Source: Candidatus Hydrogenedentota bacterium (lineage in GTDB: Bacteria > Hydrogenedentota > Hydrogenedentia > Hydrogenedentales > G963678445). Taken from it: a stretch of DNA of 64,000 nucleotides. The stretch spans positions 2,602,503 through 2,666,502 of the forward strand of contig OY782877.1 in the NCBI GenBank assembly GCA_963678445.1, read 5' to 3'. Of the stretch, positions 44,135 through 52,804 are shown piece after piece (position 1 is the first letter of the stretch; the number at the start of each line of letters is the position of its first letter). Below the pieces are notes generated by a model. The model did not search any database and was not told the DNA's origin. It was given only the letters and a program-made list of their open reading frames with translations. The translations under genes and the position numbers were made by a program.

Positions 44135-45436
44135 GTGGCGAAAAAAGGTGAAATTGTCGGCGCGGTAGATTTTGGTGCTCGTTCGGTGCGTGTATTGATT
44201 GCACGGAAAGGCGAGGATGGCGCTATCCAGATTATGGGGCATGGCGTTGAGCAGGGACGCGGATGCGTTTCACAAGGCGTTATACAAGACGTGGGCGCTG
44301 CGCAGCTTGCGCTTAAGCGTGCGCTCACTGCTGCTGAAAAGGAGGCGGGGGTGAAGGTGAACACGCTTTTTTGTGGCGTGAACGGCAAGAATGTCGAGAC
44401 GTTTATCCGCGAAGGTAATGTGAAGCTTGAAAAGGAACAGGTCGAGCTTAGCCATCTTGAGGAGGCGCTCGATGTGGCTGCGCGCGATATCCTGGCGCCC
44501 GGTAAACGGGTTATTTCTTCCATTACTTCGCAGGAGTGGTATGTCGACGATTTGCGCGTGAACGATCCGGTCGGCATTCGCGGTAGCGTGCTGAAAGCAC
44601 GTGTGCATTTTGCGCAGCTTCCAGCGGCCATCGAAGATAATCTTACTTGCTGTATCGAGTCGCAAGGGCGGGAGTTGGAAGACATCGTCTTCCTGCCGTT
44701 GGCGGCAGGGCTGGGTTGTCTTACTCCGGAGGATATGGATCTGGGCGTTGCCGTAATCGATATGGGGCGCACCACCACAGGTATTGCCGTCTACCGGGAT
44801 CGTCGTATTTTGGCGACCACTTCCTTTGATTGGGGGAGTTTTCATATTACCCGCGACGTTGCCGCTGGACTCCAGATTTCGTTTGAAGAAGCGGCGGAGC
44901 TTACCTTGGAATATGGTATCGCCGAGAGTCTGGTAAAGGAGATGGAGAAGGACGAAGAGGAGGATAACTCCTCGGAGAAGACGACGCTGACGCAAGATAG
45001 AAGCAACGCTAATATAAAATTGAAGAGTGCGGTGCGCGGCGCTCCTTCGGTCGTTGCCCGTAGTGAGCTGGATATGATTGTCTTTGAGCGCTCCAAGGAA
45101 TTATTGACCAAAGTGCGCCAATACCTACACGCTCGCGGGCTTGCCAAGCATTTGGTGCGCGGTATTGTACTCGTTGGCGGGACTGCGGAAATCCGCTATC
45201 AGGATGCACTTGCCGAAGCTGTTTTTCAGGTGCCCGCACGTATTGGTCTGCCCGACGGGATCGATGTATTGCCCCAGCCCGTCAATACACCAGAATACGT
45301 GCCGGTCTTTGGCGTGGTGCGCCACGGCTTCGAATACCGGGCAGCAGCACAGAGTGGACGTGTCGATGCTAATCACGGCGTTATTCGTAGATTTTTTTCT
45401 GGCATTGGGAATTTTTTCAGGAAATACGTCTTCTAA
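44135..45436 (+). CDS. ftsA: FtsA-like actin-family ATPase (cell-division protein FtsA family) with a C-terminal amphipathic membrane-targeting tail.
   Basis: N-terminal VGAVDFGARSVRVLIA... The 1C-domain region and phosphate-2 region are VAVIDMGRTTTGIAVY. The tail is RRFFSGIGNFFRKYVF. No ftsZ is adjacent. Confidence 0.75.
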   Translation: MAKKGEIVGAVDFGARSVRVLIARKGEDGAIQIMGHGVEQGRGCVSQGVIQDVGAAQLALKRALTAAEKEAGVKVNTLFCGVNGKNVETFIREGNVKLEKEQVELSHLEEALDVAARDILAPGKRVISSITSQEWYVDDLRVNDPVGIRGSVLKARVHFAQLPAAIEDNLTCCIESQGRELEDIVFLPLAAGLGCLTPEDMDLGVAVIDMGRTTTGIAVYRDRRILATTSFDWGSFHITRDVAAGLQISFEEAAELTLEYGIAESLVKEMEKDEEEDNSSEKTTLTQDRSNANIKLKSAVRGAPSVVARSELDMIVFERSKELLTKVRQYLHARGLAKHLVRGIVLVGGTAEIRYQDALAEAVFQVPARIGLPDGIDVLPQPVNTPEYVPVFGVVRHGFEYRAAAQSGRVDANHGVIRRFFSGIGNFFRKYVF

Positions 45437-45471
45437 GAGAAGGCAGGAGTGTTAAGGGCTATATCTCCTGG

Positions 45472-45612
45472 GTGTGGCTGGCCATCTTGTGGCCGCTGGA
45501 CCGCTTTAGTGACTGAAATCTGAAAAGCTGTCATGAAAAACAGCGTTTTACTTCGGTCAGGATTGGTAAGGACCCTATCTATTGGTTGCGGTCGCTGGAC
45601 CGCCTTAGACGC
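45472..45612 (+). repeat. REP-like dispersed repeat copy with two motif copies.
   Basis: cttgtggccgctggaccgctttagtgactgaaatctgaaaagctgtcatgaaaaacagcg...ggttgcggtcgctggaccgcctta. Confidence 0.6.
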
Positions 45613-46060
45613 TGAATTGACGCAGGTGATACAAAAAATGTCGTACATGGATACGTTCCCATCCATCGATGCCGACGTCGTCAAAAATTGGATGGGGGGC
45701 GGGGGTAAACGCATCGGCTTGCACTAAAGATATATACCGTTTCATCAATGCATGTAAATCCGATAGTGTGCCAGGTTCACGCATGGTAATGCCCCTCTGT
45801 TGCAGCACGGAAGGCAATTGCAGGTTTTTAACCACCGGAATTAAGCCCCAAATGAATAGTGGGCCGACGATTCGTGAGCTAAACCAAGTCCCGTAATAAG
45901 GGACCTGCTGCGATTCCCCCATCGAATGCTGCAGGACCCATATCAGGTGTTCTGTCAGCGTATCTTTGCGTAACTTTCCCCACTGTGGCGTGGCGTCATG
46001 CGGAATCGCCGATAGACGCCGCATGACCTCCTCCACAAAAGGCTCATCAAAATGTTGCAT
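45605..46060 (-). CDS. Hypothetical protein. The DUF1569- or DinB-like assignment is low confidence.
   Basis: ORF of 151 aa ending in HVRHFLYHLRQF. Confidence 0.55.
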   Translation of the reverse strand: MQHFDEPFVEEVMRRLSAIPHDATPQWGKLRKDTLTEHLIWVLQHSMGESQQVPYYGTWFSSRIVGPLFIWGLIPVVKNLQLPSVLQQRGITMREPGTLSDLHALMKRYISLVQADAFTPAPHPIFDDVGIDGWERIHVRHFLYHLRQFSV

Positions 46061-46277
46061 TTTGTTTTGCTTCCTGTTGTTTGAGGATTTTTATTGTACG
46101 AAAGCGGCTGTAATTTTGCGGGTGTATCAGAACCCCTGCATCTTCATCAGGATGCTCAGGACCACAACATTCGAATATGGTCCTGAGCATTTAGGGCGCG
46201 CATATTAAAAAACGTTTCCCCCCAAAGAGACAGTGGTTCAGTCAGCGCCGGTGGGGGATGTTGTATGGGGGCAGTCC

Positions 46278-47249
46278 TCAAGTGCTGAGGATGTGGGCGA
46301 TACGTAGTAGTCGTGGGTCGAATTGCGTGCGGCATTCCCAAGCCTCGCTGAGGGGTCGCAATACCATATTTTGGTGATCGACGCCAACCATTTTTCCGGT
46401 TTCGCCTTCAAGGAGCGCTTCGACGGCGCGTACTCCCATGCGGCTGGCAAGGACGCGATCAAAAGCGGTGGGGGTGCCGCCACGTTGGAGGTGGCCGATG
46501 ACTGTGACACGGGTATCTTTGAATTCGGAAGTGTCGGCGACTTTTTGCGCGATAGTGAAGGCGTTGCCGGCGTCGTCTCCTTCGGCGACGACGATGATGG
46601 AGGATGTCTTGCCGCTGGATTGTCCTTTGCGCAGTCGGTGGATGAGGGTATCGATGTCGGTGGGTTCTTCGGGGGTGAGGATTTCTTCGCTGCCACCGGC
46701 GATGCCGCTGAGCATGGCAATGTAGCCGCTGTGGCGGCCCATGACTTCGACGAAAAAGATGCGGTCGTGGGAGAAGGCGGTGTCGCGGACGCGGTCGATG
46801 GCTTCGACGGCGATGTTGAGGGCGGTGTCGAAACCGATGGTATATTCGGTGCCGCCGATGTCGTTGTCGATGGTGCCGGGCAGGCCGATGCAGCGGATGC
46901 CGTGTTCGCTATGGAGCGCTTGTGCACCGTGGTAGGAACCGTCGCCACCGATAACGATGATGCCTTCGATACTGTATTTTTGTAGCTGTTCGGCAGCCAG
47001 AATGCGCCCTTCTGCTTCGTAGAAATCTTTGCAGCGTGCGCTGTGCAGAATGGTTCCGCCGCGGTTGATAATGCCACTGACGCTACGGGCGTTGAGGGGG
47101 ATGATGTCGCCGTCGATCATGCCCTGATAACCGCGCTTGATGCCGAATATTTCGAGGTCGTTATAGATGGCGGCGCGTACGACGGCACGGATAGCAGCGT
47201 TCATGCCGGGGGCGTCGCCGCCGCTGGTGAGTACCGCGATTCGTTTCAT
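46278..47249 (-). CDS. pfkA: ATP-dependent 6-phosphofructokinase.
   Basis: MKRIAVLTSGGDAPGMNAAIRAVVR, GIIVIGGDGS, IGLPGTIDNDI, GHLQRGGTP. Confidence 0.9.
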   Translation of the reverse strand: MKRIAVLTSGGDAPGMNAAIRAVVRAAIYNDLEIFGIKRGYQGMIDGDIIPLNARSVSGIINRGGTILHSARCKDFYEAEGRILAAEQLQKYSIEGIIVIGGDGSYHGAQALHSEHGIRCIGLPGTIDNDIGGTEYTIGFDTALNIAVEAIDRVRDTAFSHDRIFFVEVMGRHSGYIAMLSGIAGGSEEILTPEEPTDIDTLIHRLRKGQSSGKTSSIIVVAEGDDAGNAFTIAQKVADTSEFKDTRVTVIGHLQRGGTPTAFDRVLASRMGVRAVEALLEGETGKMVGVDHQNMVLRPLSEAWECRTQFDPRLLRIAHILST

Positions 47250-47320
47250 AGGGAGAAGCTCCTTGAGTTGTAATTGTACGATGAATAAGTTTTTTTAACG
47301 TCGCCTGTTATGGCGTGTCT

Positions 47321-49462
47321 TTAATTTTCCGCAGGAAGTGTTATCGTGAGTTTGTCGCCGATGTTAAGGATGCTCCGTTTAGTCAGCTTGTTCCATTTCA
47401 TCAGATCGGCGACCTCTACTTTATATTTGCGCGCGATAACGCTGGCGTTTTCGCCACGAGATACCGTGTGGGTGATCTCCTTGGGTTCCGGGGGAGCTGG
47501 CTCCGGCACAGCTTCGTTTTCGTTTGCTTCGGCAGCGTCAGTCTCTTGCATTTGTGCCTCCCCTTCTGTGGAGGAGGTGTCGTTTTCTTCTGGTTCGGGC
47601 TCCGGTTCGGGTTCGGGTTCACGGAAGGCATCTTCGCTAAGTTCGCTGAGGGGGCCTGCCTTGGCGGCAAATTCGAGGGCGCGCGCGCGCCATTCGGCCA
47701 GTGCAGCCAGTGCGGCGGCTTCGGTGAGATGGTTGGCGGCCTGTAATGCCTGCGCGCGTTCCATAAGGCGGCGGACTTCTTCTACCAGCCAGTCGCCGCG
47801 TTCATAATTGTGGGCGCGTCCTACCGACCCGGTGAGGTAGAGGGATTGATATTCGTCGCAGTGCGCCAGTGTGTCTTGCACAGGTTCCAGGAAGGGTTTT
47901 CCTGCGGCGGCCTCAAGGGAAGTGAGTGCGTGCAGGAGCTGTGCGAGCTGGGCTATGCCGGATACGGCTACGGTTTTGGGCAGTTTTCCTGCGTGCCACT
48001 GTTGTTCCAATTCGGGCAAGGCGCGCAGCAGGCTGAAGAAGAGGGCGCGGTCACTGGTGAAGGGGGGGCGTTGCGCTATGCCACGTACAAGTGTGCAAAG
48101 GGGCGCGGGGAAGAATTTTTGAATGCCTGAATCCTGAGTGAAGGCCTGTGCGATACGCTTGGCCTGTTGTCCGGCAGCGTGACCAGGCAGGGGGCCGCCA
48201 ACGCCGGTGAGGTATTGTGGAATAGGGGTTGCCTGTAGGGCAAGTAAGCCGTTTTCGTTGCTGTCGGGCATGGTCTGGGGATTGTTGAATGCATCGGTGA
48301 GCAGGATGTTCTGTGCATCGCCAATAGGCAGGTCGATATCCTGACGCTGTTGTGTGGTCCAAAATGCAAGAAACCAGTGTGTGCTGTTGCGGAAGAGGTA
48401 GGCGCGTATTCCTTCGGTATCGACCGGTGGACCGAGGTATTCGGGCGTGTCAAAACGTTGTGCAAAGGCGTTAAGATAGACCAACGTCTCTTGTACGTCG
48501 CCATCGTATATCCAGTTTGTATCGATGCTTGTTTCTGCAGCGCCTGCAGCCAGCTGCTGCAGGAAGTTTTTGACCATAGTGGGGCCATCGCACTGAGCTT
48601 GGGGGGCGGGGGGGGTGAGGACACGCCAGGATTCGTATCCCGCATGTGCAGCGGTGTGATGGGTGCGTTCGATTTCCTGTGGGGTAGCGTTGGCGCTATG
48701 TAAGATGGTCGTGCGCACGGCCTTTCCTGCACCATTTTCCAGCAGATAGGCCAGGGTGGCGCTGTCGGGTACGGCGAGGGCGACTGGGGCGGTGCACCCG
48801 GCTTTGCGAATGAGCTCAATCGTATGGGTTAAGGTGTCGATATCGCCGTCAGGGGCAATTTCCCATCGCGCAATCGCATCACAATGCTTTTGAGCAAGTT
48901 CCGCGATTTGGGCGTCCGGGTTGGGAAGGGTGGACGGGCGGAGGTAAAGCACCAGTTTTAAATGGGCCTGCAGTGCGGCCTGCAGATCTTCCTGCCATGT
49001 GGAGGAGGACAAATCAATGCGTACGCGTCGGACTGCGGCGGCGCTCAGGGCGAGCAAGCTGCGTTGGTGGGCATTTTCCGCACAGAGCCAGGGGGTCTGG
49101 GTGTCGGCGACGCGATCAATACGGCAAAAGGTTTTGTTTTGCTGATGAGTTTCCTCTCCGGCATGCAGGGTTAGCCGTACCTGATAATATCCTCGTTCGG
49201 AAGGAGCGTCTTCCAGGGCGCACCAGTGGCTGCCATGGGCACGCAGCAGGAATGGACCGCATGTGGTGGTGTAGGGGGTGTTCAGATGTTTTTGCTGCAG
49301 GACAACATCCAAGGTCGCGTTAATATCATTGTCGGCACGTAATTCCACGATGAGGGGATCGTCGGTATACACGAAATTCAGCGGTTGATCGGGCGCCAAC
49401 TCAAACTGCACCGTTGTTGCAGTTAGCCACATTGTCAGCAGTAAAGCCGTTAAAGTAGTCAT
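47321..49462 (-). CDS. Secreted LysM-domain protein with a large N-terminal region of unknown function and an EPEPEPEP linker.
   Basis: Signal peptide MTTLTALLLTMWLTATT. C-terminal LysM ITHTVSRGENASVIARKYKVEVADLMKWNKL...GDKLTIT. Confidence 0.75.
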   Translation of the reverse strand: MTTLTALLLTMWLTATTVQFELAPDQPLNFVYTDDPLIVELRADNDINATLDVVLQQKHLNTPYTTTCGPFLLRAHGSHWCALEDAPSERGYYQVRLTLHAGEETHQQNKTFCRIDRVADTQTPWLCAENAHQRSLLALSAAAVRRVRIDLSSSTWQEDLQAALQAHLKLVLYLRPSTLPNPDAQIAELAQKHCDAIARWEIAPDGDIDTLTHTIELIRKAGCTAPVALAVPDSATLAYLLENGAGKAVRTTILHSANATPQEIERTHHTAAHAGYESWRVLTPPAPQAQCDGPTMVKNFLQQLAAGAAETSIDTNWIYDGDVQETLVYLNAFAQRFDTPEYLGPPVDTEGIRAYLFRNSTHWFLAFWTTQQRQDIDLPIGDAQNILLTDAFNNPQTMPDSNENGLLALQATPIPQYLTGVGGPLPGHAAGQQAKRIAQAFTQDSGIQKFFPAPLCTLVRGIAQRPPFTSDRALFFSLLRALPELEQQWHAGKLPKTVAVSGIAQLAQLLHALTSLEAAAGKPFLEPVQDTLAHCDEYQSLYLTGSVGRAHNYERGDWLVEEVRRLMERAQALQAANHLTEAAALAALAEWRARALEFAAKAGPLSELSEDAFREPEPEPEPEPEENDTSSTEGEAQMQETDAAEANENEAVPEPAPPEPKEITHTVSRGENASVIARKYKVEVADLMKWNKLTKRSILNIGDKLTITLPAEN

Positions 49463-49465
49463 AAT

Positions 49466-50074
49466 TCACACCAAAAAGGGGTTGGAACGCCGCTCTTCAC
49501 CAATGGTGGTTTCGGGGCCGTGTCCCGAGTAGACCACGGTATCGTCGGGCAGGGTAAGCAGCTTTGTTTTGATACTGTCAATCAGTTGAGCGTAGCTGCC
49601 GCCGGGCAGATCCGTTCGACCGATGGAACCAGAAAAAAGGCAGTCGCCCACAATGGCGATACCCTCGCTAACAAGGGAGATATGGCCGGGGGTGTGGCCG
49701 GGGGTATGCAGAATTTTAAATTCAGTATTACCGACGGTGACGGTATCGTTTTCTTTCAAATCTATACTTGGTTCGGGCGAAGCAGAGCAGGAAAGTCCGA
49801 ACATGACCGCTTGCTGTTCCATGCTATGCAGCAGGGGAAGATCGGCAGCGTGCAGGGCGAGGGGGGCACCCGTGGCTTCGAGCACCTCTGCATTGCCACC
49901 GCAATGGTCCAGGTGGCCATGGGTATTGATAATCATCTTGATACGGTACTGCGATAGGGTGTCGAGCAGGTCGGGGTGCGATTCGCCGGGATCGATAACC
50001 AGGGCCTCGCCTTGATCTTCGATAACCAGACAGTTTTGCATGAAAGGGGTTAACACAAAGGTTTTTATCTGCAC
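49466..50074 (-). CDS. MBL-fold metallo-hydrolase (hydroxyacylglutathione hydrolase-like).
   Basis: INTHGHLDHCGGN and HTPGHTPGH motifs. A GTG start was chosen with AAGGAGA upstream. The track ORF extends to 50179. Confidence 0.8.
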   Translation of the reverse strand: MQIKTFVLTPFMQNCLVIEDQGEALVIDPGESHPDLLDTLSQYRIKMIINTHGHLDHCGGNAEVLEATGAPLALHAADLPLLHSMEQQAVMFGLSCSASPEPSIDLKENDTVTVGNTEFKILHTPGHTPGHISLVSEGIAIVGDCLFSGSIGRTDLPGGSYAQLIDSIKTKLLTLPDDTVVYSGHGPETTIGEERRSNPFLV

Positions 50075-50283
50075 GGTGTTCTCCTTTTTTCGAACACTAC
50101 CGATTTTTTGTATTCCGTAAGATGTTGGCGTTGTTGGATTGTGTTTACTTTCGTACAACCCCAGCGCATGTGTCTGCATAGATGCTACCGCCTTGTGCTG
50201 GACGAGTCAAGCATGAACCGCTACAATGGAGGCGTTGTTGCGCTCTGTTCATAGATTTCGAAACAGTATTTTGGGGAGGTAAT

Positions 50284-52653
50284 ATGAGCTGGTCTGCGGT
50301 CGTGTTCGGATATGGCGATGGTGGACGGGGGGGGAAGGGTGTTTTTCAGGGGGGATTGTGCAGCACATTTATAATGCTGCTTCTTGTTTTTTTCGTGCAT
50401 GTGTCCGCAAGCGCCCTGATATTGGATGAATCGCCTGCAGAACCCGGCTCTTGGGGGTTTCGTCCTGCGGATGGGACGAGCGTTTTTGTGAATCCGCCTG
50501 CGTTTACTTGGCGTCCGCATAAGAATCGAGAGGTTTTGTATGCGCTGCAGGTGGCTAAGGATGCCGATTTTGCGAATATCCTGTATCAGCAGACCGCACT
50601 GCCTTGGTCGACACATTGCCCGGCACAGGTCTTTCCGGCGGGCGTGTCTTTGTACTGGCGGTATCGCGCTCAGGAACCGGAGGGCCGATGGAGTGATTGG
50701 AGTACGGTGCGCCGTATGACGATTGCACCCGAGGCGACGGCATATCCCAAACCCGAACGTGCTGCATTGGCGGCGCGCATTCCCAAAGGACATCCCCGCT
50801 TGTTCTTTTTGGCGGAGGAAATCGATTTTTTGCGTGAGCAGGCAAAGACGGACCAGGCGGAATTATGGACGAAACTGCGTGAGAAAGCGGATGCCTTATT
50901 GGCGACTCCGCCGGATACGACAGAACCGCCGCGATATCCTGAAGGAGTAAAGTACAAGGGCGAAGAATGGAAAAAGATCTGGTGGGGTAACCGTCGTCGT
51001 GCTGTGGCGGTAGCAGATGGCGCTGCCTTGCTCGCTTTTGTATATGCACTTTCCGGTGAGAAAAGCTATGGCGAGGGTGCGCGTGAGTTGTTGTTGGCTT
51101 TTTGTGAATGGGACCCTAAGGGGGCTACCAATTATGAGTACAACGATGAAGCCGCTATGCCGTTGCTGTACTATCCCTCCCGCACCTATTCCTGGATCTA
51201 TGATCTGCTGACGCCGGAGCAACGTAGCCGTGTCATCTCGGTGATGCGCCAGCGTGGTCAGGATTGTTACCAGCATTTACGTGGTCGCAGACATTTGTGG
51301 CGTCCCTACGCCAGCCACTCCAACCGCGCCTGGCACTGGTTGGGCGAGGTGGCCATTGCCTTCCACGGTGAGATCCCTGAGTCGGAGGAATGGCTCGATT
51401 ACAGCATGACCCTGTTTTACAGTTGTTACCCGGTATGGGGCGGTAATGATGGGGGCTGGCACGAGGGCATGGCGTATTGGGAAAGCTATCTGAGCCGTTT
51501 CATGAACTGGGCGCTTGTATCCAGGACCGCCTTTCAGATAGATCCTTTTGAGAAGCCGTTCTTCCGCGAAACAGGTTACTATGGTATGTACACGTTGCCG
51601 CCGGGCACCCAAACGGGCGCTTTTGGTGATTTGGCGTTTCGCATGACCTCGCACAGGATTGCGCCGTTAATGTCGCAATTGGCCGTGGGTGCAAACAACC
51701 GGTATTGGTGTTGGTATGCCGACAAGCACCGGCTGTCAGGACGCAACTACCTCGATTTTGTCTTTACGGCCAAAAGCGGTTCCCTGACTGCGGAAGTGCC
51801 GGAGGCGTTACCCTCGTCGCGTTGTTTTAAGGATACCGGGCTGGCGGTGTTGAATACCAACTTGCTGGATGGCCTGAATAATGTGCAGGTACACTTCAAG
51901 AGTAGTCCCTTTGGACGCCAAAGCCATGGCTATAATGCAAACAACGCCTTCTTGCTTAACGTAGACGGTGCGCCGGTATTCATTCGTTCCGGCCACCGCG
52001 ATGTCTATGGCAGCCCGCACCATGCCAAATGGATGTTTGAGACCAAATCTGACAACGCTATTTTGATCAACGGCAAGGGACAACGTGTGCATACGGCTGA
52101 TGCGACCGGTCAGATTACCGAATTTCATACGCAGCCACAGCTTGATGTACTCATCGGGGAAGCAGGGGATGCTTATGAGCCGGGTACGCGCTGGACGCGA
52201 CGCATTTTCTTCTTCAAACCCTCCGCGGTGCTGATTCACGACGTCCTTGAGGCGCCTGAACCTGCACAGTACCAGTGGCTATTGCACGCGACAGCACCCT
52301 TTGAACTGGGACCGAACTATGCTGCCTGCACACCCGATGTGGGTAAGGCGGAGGTGCGTTTTCTGCGTCCGCTTTCCCTCAATCTTAGCCAAAAGGATGT
52401 GTGCGACCCACCGCCATATGCGTGGTCGAATATCGAGCTGAAAGAGTGGCATTTAACAGCCGAAACGACGGAACAGAAGGCCCAACAGGAGTTTATAACC
52501 CTGATTACGGTAAAAGAAGCGCCCGCTACAGCGATTACGACGCCGGCAGCCGAGGGTGTACGTGTAGTTTTGACCCTGCCTGAGGAATATACGGTGCTTT
52601 TGACGTGTGAACACGCCAAAGTACAAGGAAAGGGTGTCGATCTTCAGTTTTGA
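50284..52653 (+). CDS. Heparinase II/III-like polysaccharide lyase family protein with an N-terminal DUF4962-like domain. Secreted.
   Basis: Signal peptide after MSWSAV... GGAGGT lies upstream of the ATG. The C-terminal Hepar_II_III-like region is NANNAFLLNVDGAPVFIRSGHRDVYGSPHHAKWMFETKSDN. Confidence 0.75.
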   Translation: MSWSAVVFGYGDGGRGGKGVFQGGLCSTFIMLLLVFFVHVSASALILDESPAEPGSWGFRPADGTSVFVNPPAFTWRPHKNREVLYALQVAKDADFANILYQQTALPWSTHCPAQVFPAGVSLYWRYRAQEPEGRWSDWSTVRRMTIAPEATAYPKPERAALAARIPKGHPRLFFLAEEIDFLREQAKTDQAELWTKLREKADALLATPPDTTEPPRYPEGVKYKGEEWKKIWWGNRRRAVAVADGAALLAFVYALSGEKSYGEGARELLLAFCEWDPKGATNYEYNDEAAMPLLYYPSRTYSWIYDLLTPEQRSRVISVMRQRGQDCYQHLRGRRHLWRPYASHSNRAWHWLGEVAIAFHGEIPESEEWLDYSMTLFYSCYPVWGGNDGGWHEGMAYWESYLSRFMNWALVSRTAFQIDPFEKPFFRETGYYGMYTLPPGTQTGAFGDLAFRMTSHRIAPLMSQLAVGANNRYWCWYADKHRLSGRNYLDFVFTAKSGSLTAEVPEALPSSRCFKDTGLAVLNTNLLDGLNNVQVHFKSSPFGRQSHGYNANNAFLLNVDGAPVFIRSGHRDVYGSPHHAKWMFETKSDNAILINGKGQRVHTADATGQITEFHTQPQLDVLIGEAGDAYEPGTRWTRRIFFFKPSAVLIHDVLEAPEPAQYQWLLHATAPFELGPNYAACTPDVGKAEVRFLRPLSLNLSQKDVCDPPPYAWSNIELKEWHLTAETTEQKAQQEFITLITVKEAPATAITTPAAEGVRVVLTLPEEYTVLLTCEHAKVQGKGVDLQF

Positions 52654-52804
52654 TTTTTACAACGCCGGCAGGCATTATGTACCCAGTGCGGCGGCAGAGG
52701 ACACAACACAGGGTCTGCTGTTGACGTACAAAAATTTCCGGTAGACTACCGCCTCCTCCGCTGAATGCGGCTTTCCTCCGGCAACTTCGAAAGGAATAAA
52801 GTGT

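Noticed and set aside
46238-47077. ORFs 46238..47077 (minus), 46323..46985 (plus) and others overlapping pfkA.
   Set aside because: The pfkA frame (46278..47249) carries unmistakable PFK motifs. The overlapping frames are low-complexity artefacts.
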